Positions 1-11,893 of a DNA stretch of 64,000 nt are shown piece after piece. The stretch is from positions 16,246,001 through 16,310,000 of the forward strand of contig NW_024704743.1 in assembly GCF_018977255.1 (NCBI RefSeq), in the 5' to 3' direction. The notes under the pieces were generated by a model that was given only the letters and a program-made list of their open reading frames with translations, made no database searches and had not been told where the DNA came from. Origin of the DNA: Callorhinchus milii (lineage: Eukaryota). The position numbers were made by a program, and so were the translations under genes. Positions within the stretch are counted from its first letter, which is position 1. The number at the start of each line of letters is the position of its first letter.

Positions 1-259
1 TGAAACGCGACAGTCAATTGCAGTGTCCCAAAACATTTGTGGATTCAGTGACCAAATTATTTATTATTTTTTTAAAAAGATTATTACCCCCGGAAAAGTG
101 ATCCACCAATCGAACAACAACCGGGTTCCTACTTACTGCTAGGTAAACAGACTTGTATGGAGTAAGGAAACTTGTCCAACGTTTTACCCTGCCCGGGAAT
201 CAAACCCAGGTCCTCTCGTTTGTGAGGCCAGTGCTCTAACCAATGCTACAGGACTCCAC
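1..259 (-). mobile_element. tRNA-derived SINE, long form (3' end cut by window edge)
   Basis: Reverse complement begins GTGGAGTCCTGTAGC..TGGTTAGAGCA (pol III A box) and GGTTTGATTCC (B box); body matches the other copies in the window. Confidence 0.85.
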
Positions 260-299
260 CAAAATGTAAGGATTATTAGTCACTGATGTCCATGAGGCT

Positions 300-1068
300 G
301 AATGAGGCCCCTTGGCAATCGATCGGCATCTCAGTGTCAGACACATCCAGGCACCTGCAGCTTTCCAGGTTCAACAATCCTGTTGCGAATTCCATCAGGT
401 TAAGAACCCATCGTTCTTAAGAATCTGTTGGTGCCCTGATCTGTTCAGTTTTCCCCCATCTCCGCAACATTGCCCGCCTCTGCCACTACCGCTCCCCTTG
501 AGCCCCTGAGACCCTTATCCATGTTTTTATCACATCCAAGCTTGACTATGCCAACTCTCTGCTGGACGGACTTCCCAATTCTTCGCTTCACAAGCTGCAG
601 ACCATCCAGAACTCTGAAGCTTGTGTCCTCTCTTGTATCAGGCTCTACAAACCTATCAGCCACATCCTTGCCTGGCTCCACTGGCTCCCCACCCCCCAGA
701 GGATCGATTTCAAGATCCCTGTCCTCATTTTTAAAGCCCTTCATGGTCTTACCCCACCCTCTACCATTGTGACCTCCTAAAATTCTACTAACCTGTCCAC
801 TCCGTCCACTGGACAGACACTGGCCCCCAAACTCTGGAACTCCATTCTGGAGTTCTTTTGCCTCACCCCTTCCTTCGCCTCTTTCAGGGTCTGTCTCAAG
901 ACCTTCCTCTTTGATTGCGACTTTAATCATCTTCCCATACCCCTTGTCCCCCCCCACCTCTTCCAAAAGCAATCCCCAGCCTGGGTGCAAACCTCAACTC
1001 TCCAGCGCTTTGGAACGTCCTCCTGAAGTGAAAAGCACTATGTAAATGCAATTTGTTGTTTTTGTTGT
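300..1068 (+). mobile_element. L2-clade LINE 3' fragment
   Basis: Degenerate ORF2 C-terminus ([26 protein letters not shown]...RIDFKI), then tail gcgctttggaacgtcctcctgaagtgaaaagcactatgtaaatgcaa(ttg)n. Confidence 0.8.
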
Positions 1069-2280
1069 GCTCATGAAAGCTATGTTTTTTTTCCCTGTGG
1101 ACACAGACCAGCACCCAAGATTGTCCTGGTCAAAAACCCCCAGTCAGCTGCAGCATTGGAGGGGAATGTGATGCAGGGAACATCACAAACTGACCTCTTC
1201 TCGTACCCATGCAACTTATGGACTCAATTCAAGCAATACCTCAAGATTGCTTGCACAGATCACTGCACAGCTTGACTTTCCTGTTATATCATAGGAAATG
1301 AGCAAAGCTGTGTGTTTCAGCATAATTAATGGGATGAGAAGCTCAGTGTTAAATTACATGGCTAGTCAAAAGCACTTGGCTAAGAGTTTGCATTTGTTCC
1401 TGGCATATTTTGTTCCAGTCCCGGGACTTTGAGGTCAGCATGGACCATGAGTCTGAATGGAATAAGAGGTGCTGGTGGGCTGCCCTGAGCCAGCTGGTGT
1501 TATAGATCAGCATGTACCAGCTCGCTTTCCTCCGCTTCCACTAATGTAACTCACTGGAGTGGCAAATTACATCAGACCTACAGCTGTAACCCGACATTAT
1601 GATTAATTTGATCAGTAATTTCTCCTGTTTTTCATTTTAATCGGTGTGACTATTCTGCTGTGGCAGGTCTTTCAGATCTAATTAAGATAAATTTCTGTGG
1701 AACGGACTTGGCAGCATTTACAGTCAAATCCCAGGTCTGAGCAGGAAGACCTGCAGCACTAATCAATCAACTCGCTGAAAATCCACTGAGCACAAGCTCA
1801 GCGCTGAACCTATTAACACACTTAAGCAAATTTTGTAATCTTATGGATTTTCAGTCCCGCTTTTGTAACATCCTATTAAAAGTGCAATAAGCTAATAGAT
1901 CATTTTATAAATACTTCTTGTCCAGCCCGCCAAAGCAGCGCATTTTTAAAACCGGATAATGAAGTCTCTCCTGACATGTTTGAGTCTCGAGCACTGCATA
2001 TTCAGCTGAGTTCAGTTACGGTCTTCCTCATTGCAATTGTTTTCTTTTACTGCTGTTAGGAACACAGTTGCAGGCCTTTCCTTGTCCAGCTAATGGACAC
2101 GAGCGCATTAGATGCATTTCCTGATGTTTAGTCGGTGAGACTTAGATACAAGTAGATTATTCTCCTACAGTGGAGCAATCATTTCTGAATGAACGTTACC
2201 AAGAGAGCTTGGATTTAGCCTCAAGTCAGCAGGTTTTATCCTGTAAGAGAGTCTCCAGCCCTGCCCCTTTCTACAACACT

Positions 2281-2545
2281 TTTTTTTGATCAGCCAAGAG
2301 TCTGACACATGCAGAAACCCATCACGATGCTTAAGAGTATCCCGAACTAAACGGAGAGTTCCATATTTCAATGCCAGCTACACGTGAAAATCCTCCTGTG
2401 TCTGGAATGGAATGCGCATGCTCTCCCTAAATAGACACATCCTGTTTACCTAATTCCAGAAAATATTAGGCAAGGTTGGTGAGAGCCAAGGCTTGGGGAC
2501 CCCAGAGTGTGCGATGGGGTGCTGCTGGATTCCAACCAGCAAAGA
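2281..2545 (-). mobile_element. Unclassified A-tailed interspersed repeat (family X)
   Basis: Shares gtctgacacatgcagaaacccatcac.atgcttaagagtatcc...gagagttcca...tctggaatggaat with copies at 9452, 26905, 27144, 47163 and 59530; abuts a T-run (A tail on minus). Confidence 0.75.
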
Positions 2546-3399
2546 ATGCGTACCTTGCTTATTTACAATACAGGATACCTTTTGATCCATTATGTGTTGG
2601 TGCTCCCTCTCCCACTGGAGCTAATCTCATTCCCTTGCTCTTTGCCTATCATACTATACTAATGCTAGCTCCTCCACCAGAGCTATTAATTCCTCGGCCA
2701 CACCTTTGTCACTGTTGTATTTAAATCCCTTCACGCCCTGGCACCCCCCTATCTCTCCAACCTGCTCTCTCCCTGCACTACTACCCGCTGCCTCCGCTCG
2801 ACTGACTCCGGCCTCCACCTTGTCCACCTGGATCCTCCGCCCCAGGAACAAAACAAAAAATTGCTATTTCATTTCATGGCTGTTTGTGGGTCATTGCTGT
2901 GTGCAAATTAGCTGCTGGATTCATCTACACAAATACATGCTTTGAGATGAAATGTAGGGATTATCATTAACTAAATACTAAGCTTTTGTGCACCCGATAA
3001 AGGTGTAGGGAACGTCTATTTAATGGGAGCGATTGAAATAGACTTAATATTCTCACTCAAACGAATAGACAGTTTGATCAGATTGGCCATTCGGAATATA
3101 GGAACCGGAGGAGGCCATTCAGACCATTCCGCCCCTTCTGGGATTTTATTAGATTATGGCAAATGTGTTAATCCCATTCCACATTTTTCTCTCCATATTT
3201 CTTAATACCTTTACTTCACAAGTATCTACCTGCCTCCTTCTTTGTATCCACCCCAAATGATCATACATCTCTGCTCCAGTGTGTTCCACATTCACAGGCC
3301 TTTGGGGTGTAATTTATGTTCTTTGTTAATGGGATTCATTGACAAGGAATTTGAGTTGCAAAATGGAAAGTTCTTCCAATAATCAAATACTGCATCCCT

Positions 3400-3915
3400 A
3401 ATCTCTGAAGCTCTATCCCTTAACCTTTCTGTCTAACCCTCCCTCCATCTGTTTTTAAATCCCATCTGAAAACATAACTCTTCACTTGCATCTATTGTCT
3501 TCTCCCCTCGCCCACACAGTCCCCACCCCAACTGTCTCCTCTCTCTCGCTCGGTATCCAACCCTGTCTTTGTAAATCCCTCTGAGATGTTATCCTACGTG
3601 AAAGGTGTTATATAAATACAAATCGTTGTGCTCCCTCCCGGCCTGCTTCATGTCCTGTACCCTACGATGCCCCACCATCGGCAGCTTATCTGCCTCCATT
3701 CTCTAAAACTCCATCCCAGTGTCCCTACAACTCATCCCTTCCCTTCTTCAAGGTACGTTCTCAAGATCTTCCTTTTCGACTGCATTTTCCATCATCTTTC
3801 CTCCCCACCCAGCTTGGCTCCCGCCCCCAGCTCGGGTGCAAACCCTAGACTGTCCAGTGCCTTGGGACGTCCTACCAACTTCAAAGGCACTATATAAATG
3901 TAAAGTGTTGTTGTA
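3400..3915 (+). mobile_element. Two tandem short L2 3'-end fragments
   Basis: Two tails ending ...gtgaaaggtgttatataaataca (~3620) and gggacgtcctaccaacttcaaaggcactatataaatgtaaagtgttgttg (~3915). Confidence 0.65.
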
Positions 3916-6900
3916 ACCGGAATTCCACCAAGCTGACCTGCTCAGACCTGATGTATTTTGAAAGTGAAATTCCTGGGGATCAATGGATATTCTAATGTTA
4001 TTTGATTATTAAGGAATTACTGGTAAATAATACCAAAAATTATATCCTTTAAGTGCGGAGGGACAGTCTCTATGTGTTGCACTGCCCTGTTCCACTCCTG
4101 TCACTAGTGGCATGAGTCTTTCACAGTAAGAATTTAACATGTCGTTTTCATTTCATTTCTCCAAGAAATACTGACAGTGTTTCCACATTTTCTGAATTGT
4201 CGGTGTTTTCATTTCTGAGAAATTTGAAACAGATGTAATAATCCTTTAAATTACTGTCCTTTTTTACAAGCAGTCTTGTACGTTATTGCTCTAAACTAAT
4301 ATTTTCACCGACAGTTCCTGAATAATATAAGAGGATGAATGCTGGAGGATGCTCAGGAATTCAGACATAAAATCCAGGTGTCAATTTCAGGGTAAAATAA
4401 GTTGGTTGTTTTAAGTTTTGACGTTTTTCATTTCTTTAATCTTCATGCTGTTATTTGTAATTTTTAAACACTTTTTCTTTCCGAACCCAGCAATAATGGC
4501 TCCTGAACTGGTAATTTAACAGTCGCATTGTTAAAGATTAAACCTTATGGATTTGGATTTGTTGAAGGAAACAGAAGGGAGAAAAATGCCTGTGTTTATT
4601 CCCAGTACCAGTAGAATAATATGCACTCAGAATAAAATTCATTTCAGCACCATGACCGATAGATGTCCCTTTCATCGTTCCATACATTTACTACTCGCTC
4701 ATAAATAAATCCTATGAAGCGCTCTGAGACGTCCTTCTGACATGAAAGGCGCTGCATTAAATGCAAGCTTTATTTTTTATTTGTAACAGGATTCCTTAAA
4801 AAGGAATCTGAGTCGCAAGAGACAATTGCTTTCAGTAATTGAAAGTGCATCACACTGACCCATGGGAATTCTGCTTCTGGAACAAAGTTCCCTTGGAGTG
4901 GAATTCCTGTGAGTCGGCATGTATAGGATTCCCTGCTGGAGATGCATTTTGCTTCCCGAGCTACTTTTTGGGGGCGTTTGAGATGCTGTTGAGATGCTCC
5001 TGATATTTGTTTAGAAGGCACTGACAAAGGCACTGATTTGCAAATGAGACCGGTTTTATTTTCCAAATGCATGCCAGTCCTTTCTAGCCATTTTGAAGGG
5101 GGGGGGGGGGGTCAGTAACCAATTTAAATTTAAGTACAGCATCACAGAGAAGCTCTTTCGGACACAAACAAGCCATCATTTCATATTTACCAACAAAAAA
5201 CATTAATAATTAAAAATCGCATTTGGAAAGATGTTAAATGCGCAGACATCCCAGCTGCCTAAATTTGAACATCCCCCTTTCCCCCATTAAAAATGAAAGA
5301 GTCAATCACAGAGCAGTTTAACCTGAGGGAGAGCAGGTATATGGAGTCTTCTGTCGACTACACTTCAAAATAGTACATAAGACCACTTGGAAGCCAAGAC
5401 CACACGGACACAGCAGAGATGGACGCACCCCAAACCTGTTCAAGCTCGCTACACCTGAGCTCTGATTAGTTTCACCAACTCAGCAGGCAACAACAACTCG
5501 CATTTATGTAGCACACGCACGCAGGGCAGCATCCCAGAGCGTGGAGGAAGCCTATGGAGAGATACCCCCGTTGGGCAGCACGCACTACAGTTCCCAGGGG
5601 AAGGCGTTTGACAGACATGCTTCATATACACATGTAATTTGCGGCTGTTTGTTGTTGGTCCATACAGAGCATACTGCAAGCATGCTGCCTTTGTTGTAAA
5701 TATTGCATGGCTCCCTCTCACTCCCAAAGAAATGTCCAGACAATGAGATTTGGGGGCAATACAGCATCCGTGAAGCTAGCTTTCTCGAAGACCGTTGCCC
5801 TGGTGCTGGCTGGGGAAACAACTTCAGGCTGTGTCCGTTTCAACTGAAGGATCCATCAGGGCTGTTTAAACAGAACGGCTTCTGACGGGAAGCACTTGAT
5901 GTTACAATTCGCCCTGTGTAAGTGTGAGGTGGACTGTAACATACTGGAGTGACAATTCCACCCACTCAAACTCACTGGGTCCACCAGGCAGAAACGCCAG
6001 GCCCCGCTTTCTCTAGAGACAGAAAATGAACAGGACTGTAGTGACAGTCACTACACCTCACAGTAATTATGTGTAAAGCGGAGGTTTTGACATAATAAGG
6101 CTGTTTACTGTCTCCACAGTAATGGTACGAGGCACTGATTGAAAGTGGAACATACATGGAACATTTCCCTTAATGTTGCACTATGTTACAGCTAACAGAC
6201 CTGAACAATTGCTATTTATATATAACGTTTGTCTGCAGCAGCCAAGATTATGGCCAACGGCACATGCTATAATATTTACTACTAATAATAATAATCCTTG
6301 CATTTGATTTAGCGCCTTATCACAACATTGATGTTATATCAATATATATTATTATTATTAATAACTTCAACTGTTTTTCTATCAAACAGGAAAAAAGCCT
6401 GATACACCGCACTTGAAATTTCTGTTCGCGCAAAGGACAAAAAAGAGATCTGCCGCCGTTGAGAGAAGAACAAGGACTGAGGGCTAGCACCTGGATTTTA
6501 CCCACCGTCCAGCAGAAGCAGACCATACTCAGTGCTCACGTCTTAAAGGGACGGCGCAAGAATCTTTTTGTATGCGGATGTTGACCTGATGTGGAAGAAT
6601 TCCATTTTTCCTGCTGTTTTCAATTCTAGCTTTGTGCACCTGGGAGCATTCTCTAATCCTGTGCAAATCCTTGAAGTTTCCTGCTGTCTGGTGCCTCTCC
6701 ATGTTAATAATCCCCCTACAGCTCAGTCAATTTATCAGTGAGAAGTCTCCTACCGCCTTTGAATTATGTTACAGTGACGGATTTAAATACCAACCTTTTA
6801 ATTTTAAACACTGTTTTGCTGATATTCTCACTGGAAAAGCAATGCTGTCAATTTAGGCGAAATCTGAGGGTTGCGGCGATTTTAAATGAAAGACAGGGTC

Positions 6901-6967
6901 ACTTTTAAAGGCTGGTTGATTGGGTTATATAGTGGAAGATCACCAGCACCACTCAAACAGAACTTAT

Positions 6968-7105
6968 ATAGAGACAGAGAGAGACGTAGACAAACACTGA
7001 GAGATAGCAAGAGAAAGAGAGAGAGACACACACACACACACATATACACACATACAGTTAGAAAGCAGATAAAGCAGATAAAGATAGAGAGAAAGATAAA
7101 GAGAC
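6968..7105. repeat. Compound (GA)n/(CA)n/GATA microsatellite
   Basis: Directly visible dinucleotide and tetranucleotide runs. Confidence 0.8.
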
Positions 7106-7489
7106 CGACTTATGTACAAATACACAGAGACAATTAATAATAATCTTTACATTTGATATAGCGCCTTATGATATTATCAAAAGGACCTCACGGGATATAT
7201 TGTAAAGTGTAGTGACTCTGTATTTGTAGGTGAACAACGGCAGCCAATTTTGCTCACAGCAATGTCCCACAAAAGCAAACCTGAGATATCCAATGCACAA
7301 CACATTATAATTCTGCCATCACCCCTCCCTCAGCACTATTATATTGATTCACTAGTCAAGAGAACTTACTTCACGAGTCCTGTTCCCACCAATTCCCAGG
7401 TCTCATTGTTTCCGGTGGCTGGGCAAATGCAAATGTCACCGTCTTGCTCTCAAAACTGGAATCATTCTGATTTGGTTTTAAATGGATGA

Positions 7490-7990
7490 GGGTCCAGAAT
7501 TTAGCAAATTGTTGAATTCATTCTGAACTTCGAAGCTGGTTTACTTTGTATTTTACAGAAAAACAGCTTCAAAATCAAGTATTTGTCAAATTCTGCATTC
7601 TCTGAAATAATAATAATAATAATTGTGGAGTCCTGTAGCTCGGTGGTTAGAGCACTCGCTTTGCAAGTGAGAGACCTGAGTTCAATTCCGGGCAGGGCGA
7701 AACCTTGGGCAAGTTTCCTTACTCCACACGCCTAATAATAATCCCTCCAAATAATAAATAATAAATTGGTCATTTTCAATCTATGACTGTTTGTGGGACA
7801 CTGCTGTGCACAATTGGTTGCCGGGTTCGCCCACAAATATACAGTCAATTCACTTTACAGTGTGTTCTGTGAAGCGCTTTGGGACGTCCTCCCGACGTGA
7901 AAAGCGCTATTTCAAATGCAAGGATTATTATTATTCTCTGAAATGATAAGAAAGTAGAATAAATCTAGATCCAGGTGGAATTTCTATGCC
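7490..7990. mobile_element. Palindromic MITE-like element interrupted by a SINE
   Basis: Ends aataaatctagatccaggtggaatttc, the same terminal inverted repeat as 10842-11526 and 58064-58404; internal arms gaatttagcaaatt / atttgtcaaattc. Confidence 0.6.
7625..7935 (+). mobile_element. tRNA-Ala-like SINE, short form, full length, with target-site duplication
   Basis: Head gtggagtcctgtagctcggtggttagagcactcgctttgcaagtgagagacctgagttcaattcc (A/B boxes, TGC anticodon-like loop); L2-type tail and (TTA)n; direct repeat attctctgaaat at 7597-7608 and 7933-7944. Confidence 0.92.
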
Positions 7991-8169
7991 AAAGTGTGTA
8001 TTCTGAAAAAAGAAGATAGAATGGAAATCTACCCTTAAGTCTTAACACTCTCAATGTCTAGTCAGATTGAAGGTGTGGGAGAGGGTGAAAGAGGTCACAA
8101 GCTGGTATACTTGGATGCTTTTCACACCTGGCCTGTTACTTTTTATTGCTGTATAATAAAGACTGAAAC

Positions 8170-8347
8170 CAGCGTTTCTCAATCTTCTTTGTTATCAGGG
8201 ACAGGCTCAGTTTGTTCTTAAAATATGGCAGAGATTTAGTAAATGAGCCTGTCAGGTCACTCAGTCTAAAGAGATCTCCAATATGGACCGAGCATGAGTT
8301 TGGCACGGACTGTCGCCAGGCTCAGACTGATTGTTGAGAGACACTTG
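8170..8347. mobile_element. Probable hAT (Charlie-like) non-autonomous element
   Basis: Imperfect terminal inverted repeats cagcgtttctcaa ... ttgagagacacttg, about 180 bp apart; TSD degenerate. Confidence 0.45.
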
Positions 8348-9160
8348 GCCTAAGCTACAGCAGACACAGTATGTTGTAAGTTTTCACTGTGAAGCTGCAC
8401 ACTAATGCACAGGGCTTTGATGCGAGTTGCCGGGCTGGTATTTCCTGCTTAATAATAAAGAGTAAAACTGGTGAATATTTCACTTTGCTTGTTGGTACTC
8501 CAATCACCACTAACACTTCATCGACCAAGTTTCACAACCCAATGTCTTAACATTCCCCCCCTGTCCCCACCTCCCTTGGTCTCTGCCTTTCATGTTGTCT
8601 TGCTTTGATTCTGATCAGTTTTACCAACTGTGAACAGAAAATGTGTTATTGATCGTTCCGCAAGTGAAAATGTGCAGCTGTATCAAAAATGTGTCACGCA
8701 TTCCTTGCTGGGCACTCTCCACATGAAACTTAGCAAACGGCGAATATCATTGAAGTTGGGACATCGTCAACAAGGTGACTGAAAATATGGAACATGAACA
8801 CTGCTGGAGCTCAGCTGGAGACTTGGGGGGTGAAATGCTGGAAAGATTTCAGTGGACCTGCCCCCAACTTCAATACAATGGTTTAACCCAGTTCCAAAGT
8901 CTTAAGCGCTGTCATCTTGGATTCTGTTCATGATCCCGATTGACGTTACCAATCCTGGAGCCAGCCTTTCTGTTGTGTTTTCACTTGCACTGTGGTCATT
9001 TGGCTCCAGGCTCCTTTAATGCTTGTGGTGTGGGATTATCAGCGACTAACTGGTCCCGAGCCCAGCCTGACCTGAACTGAAACATTTGAATGGGGGATGC
9101 TTGTGGCAGAGACAAGCCGGGAGCATAGCTTACAGTGCTCGTGCTATGGAGCTGCCTTAC

Positions 9161-9283
9161 CTGCAAGGGGTTGGTTGGAGTGAGCGGGGACTGGAGGCTT
9201 TGCCCGGGAGACTGGCTTTGTTTGGGAGGCGATGAGGCTTGCTGGCCAGGCTGCTGCTGGTTCTGTTGCTGCTGCTGCTGCCC

Positions 9284-9322
<39 letters not shown>

Positions 9323-9375
9323 GAGTTGTTGCAGATGTTGAAGCTGCTGTATTTGGGAATTCAGGGATGAGGTAG
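9161..9375 (-). CDS. POU6F2: Internal coding exon of POU class 6 homeobox 2 (RPF-1), polyglutamine exon
   Basis: Minus-strand acceptor ttctctttttttttatctggaacAG (AG at 9377-9376, CTAAT branch-like motif upstream) and donor CAG|GTAAGG (GT at 9160-9159). Length 215 nt = 2 + 71 codons, open: (A)TSSLNSQIQQLQHLQQL-Q13-G-Q6-NQQQPGQQASSPPKQSQSPGQSLQSPLTPTNPLQ. Both ends match the recalled human POU6F2 segments ATSSLNSQLQQLQ and SSPPQKPSQSPGHGLPSPLTPPNPLQ. Confidence 0.93.
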
Positions 9376-9451
9376 CTGTTCCAGATAAAAAAAAAGAGAA
9401 TTAGACTTCGATCTATCCAGAATGCCTCGATTAGTGATCAACCAATGTTCA

Positions 9452-9680
9452 TTTTGGTCAGCCGGGTGTTTGACACACACAGAAACCCATCGCCATGCTT
9501 AAGAGTATCCAAACCCAAACTACTGAACATTCCGCCTTGTGATGGAAATTTCCATGTGCTTTGAATGGAATAGAATGGAATGCATCCTCTCTCCCCAGAG
9601 AGACGAGCTCTGCTCACCTAATCCCAGAAAGTATTAGGCACAGGTTGGAGAGAGCCGAGGCTTGTGGACCCCAGAAAGAT
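9452..9680 (-). mobile_element. Family X repeat copy
   Basis: ggtcagccgggtgtttgacacacacagaaacccatcgccatgcttaagagtatccaaacc...; ends about 75 bp upstream of the POU6F2 acceptor. Confidence 0.75.
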
Positions 9681-9906
9681 CGATTAAATTGTGACCATGT
9701 GGGGAGGGTTCACACTAGCTTTATAGTTAAACAGCTGTTGAAGGAAAAGTGGAGGAGGACTTTGACATTCGGAACCTCGACACAGAGGTCCGCAGTACTC
9801 CAGGGCACTGTTCAAGCGCTCAGAGACACGAGAAAAACTCGATATTAATGCAAGTTTTTGTTGTTGTTGATTAACAAGCCGTCAATGGAAATGATCAGGT
9901 AGACAT

Positions 9907-10193
9907 AATAATAATAGTAATAATAATAATAATAATCCTTGCATTTGATATAGCGCTTTTCATGTCTTCTCAACGTTCTCAAAGCGCTTCACAGAATAGA
10001 CTGTAAAGTGAATTGACTGTATATTTGTGGGCGAAATGCGGCAGCCAATTGCACCCAGCAGCATCCCACAATCAGTCGTGGATTGAAAATGACCAATTCA
10101 TTATTGTTTTGTTTTGGAGGGATTATTATTAGGCGTGTGGAGTAAGGAAACTTGCCCAAGGTTTTGTCCTGCCTGGAATTGAACCCAGGTGTC
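9907..10193 (-). mobile_element. tRNA-derived SINE, short form, 5'-truncated
   Basis: Reverse complement closely matches 7680-7935; (TAA)n tail at 9907-9936. Confidence 0.9.
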
Positions 10194-10841
10194 TCCAGAC
10201 ATGCCACTAAGAGATGGGATTCTTCCCTCTTAGCTTCTCATAATGCTACAAGAACAACAACAAATTACATTTGTATAACAGGTCAACATCCTAATGGTCA
10301 TTGGCAGCTCCAATTGGACGAGCAGGGGAAAGCTTACCAATGCCTCATACTGATATACTACAGTTTTAGCTGGTTCAGTTCCCGCAGTACCTAAATGTGC
10401 ACTATAGCTTCTACCAGCCAGTACTTGTGTTCACCAAGCATAGCGAAAGCAGCATTTGTCCTTCTCCACATGGCCTCTCGGGAAATGGTAAATGACAGCT
10501 GGAACTGGAGACTCTTAAGCCAAAACAAAGTTAAGTGCAGCAAGGGATCTCTACACAGTCAATCCATCAGCTTGCCAGGTGATCAAAATAATCATAGAAG
10601 ACTCTCGATCATAGAAGAGTGAAAAAAAGACTCTCGAAAACACACGCTGACCTTTTACTTTCAATCAAGTTTAAACTAACGGCAAACAATTCCAATTTAT
10701 GCAAGACAACATTTCCCACGACAAGTCAGTGGAAAGAGAGACCATTCAGCTAACCAGTCTTGCTTTCAAGTCAAATCAGAAGAAGTGTCTTTATTGGAGA
10801 ATATGGAACACACAAATTCCAGAGGTTACAGACACAGAAAT

Positions 10842-11526
10842 GGGGAAAATTCTACCTGGGTCTAGATTTGCTATATTTACGCAGTATTTGAGAGCATCTA
10901 GAATTTGGCAAATTCTTAAATAAAATCTTAATTTTAAAGCTGTTTTTCTATAAGTTTCTTTCATAACAACATAGGAATTGCTGGACAAAAGAAGACCAAT
11001 ATCCATCCTGGCGATCGCACGTCCATGTTATTGCCAACCTATATACTATATCCCAAGATATTTTTGTAGCTCCTGTAGTCCTGGGTTCAATTCCAGGCAG
11101 GGCGAAACCTTGGGCAAGTTTCCTTACTCCACACGGCTAAAAATAATCCCTCCAAAACAAAAAACAATAATAAATTGGTCATTTTCAATCCACGACTGTT
11201 TGTGGGATACTGCTGTGCGCATTTGGCTCCTGCGTTTCGCCCACAATTATACTGTCAATTCACTTAACAATTACAGTCTATTCTGTGAAGCGCTTTGAGA
11301 TGTCGAGAAGACATGAAAAAAGCTATATCAAATGCAAGGATTATTATTATTATTATTATTATTATATTATTTCCTAAAATAAATCTTGCTGTGCTTAAAT
11401 CTTTTTTAGGAACTGGAAAATACCAACTTCAGAGTTAAGACTGAATTCAAAAGTTTGTCAAATTCTACATGCTCTAAAATGCTGAGAGAATGGACTAACT
11501 GTATACCTCGGTTGGAATTTCTCCCC
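10842..11526. mobile_element. Palindromic MITE with long terminal inverted repeats, containing a nested CR1 tail and SINE
   Basis: Left arm ggggaaaattctacctgggtctagatt...gagcatctagaatttggcaaatt; right arm aagtttgtcaaattctacatgctc...cctcggttggaatttctcccc is its imperfect reverse complement. Confidence 0.7.
11066..11371 (+). mobile_element. tRNA-derived SINE, short form, partial head
   Basis: ggttcaattccaggcagggcgaaaccttgggcaag...aaatgcaagg(att)n. Confidence 0.9.
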
Positions 11527-11783
11527 AAATATCACTTGGCACGCTTAAGAAGAAGATACAGGCTTGGGAAGTAAGGGAAACAAAGAAAAATGGGATTAAT
11601 TGGTTTGAAATGTTCCAAACTTAGAGCTTCCTACTATTCTTATGTTCAACAGTCCACATGAAACTTACCTCATTATTACTTCCCCAGATAAAATTAATCA
11701 TTCACTTCATGTCTGCTTGTGGGATATTGTTGTGTGCAAATTGGCTGCAATATTCACCTAAAAATACAGTCACTAAACTTTAC

Positions 11784-11893
11784 GTGGAGTCCTGTAGCTC
11801 AGTGGTTAGAGCACTCGCTTTGCAAGTGAGAGACCTGAGTTCAATTCCAGGCAGGGGGAAACCTTGGGCAAGTTTCTTTACTCCACACGCCTA
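11784..11893 (+). mobile_element. Isolated SINE 5' head (tRNA part)
   Basis: Near-identical to 43717-43825 but followed directly by an L2-type tail ending (ttg)n at ~11953. Confidence 0.85.

Larger units (their letters stand above)
1..9160 (-). other. POU6F2: Downstream intron of POU6F2 (>9 kb, partial)
   Basis: Starts with the GTAAGG donor; the next exon (recalled LVNNPLASQAAAAAAA...) was not found in 1-9160. Confidence 0.65.

Noticed and set aside
9135..9341. Poly-cysteine ORF on the plus strand
   Set aside because: It is the antisense reading of the POU6F2 CAG/CAA tract.
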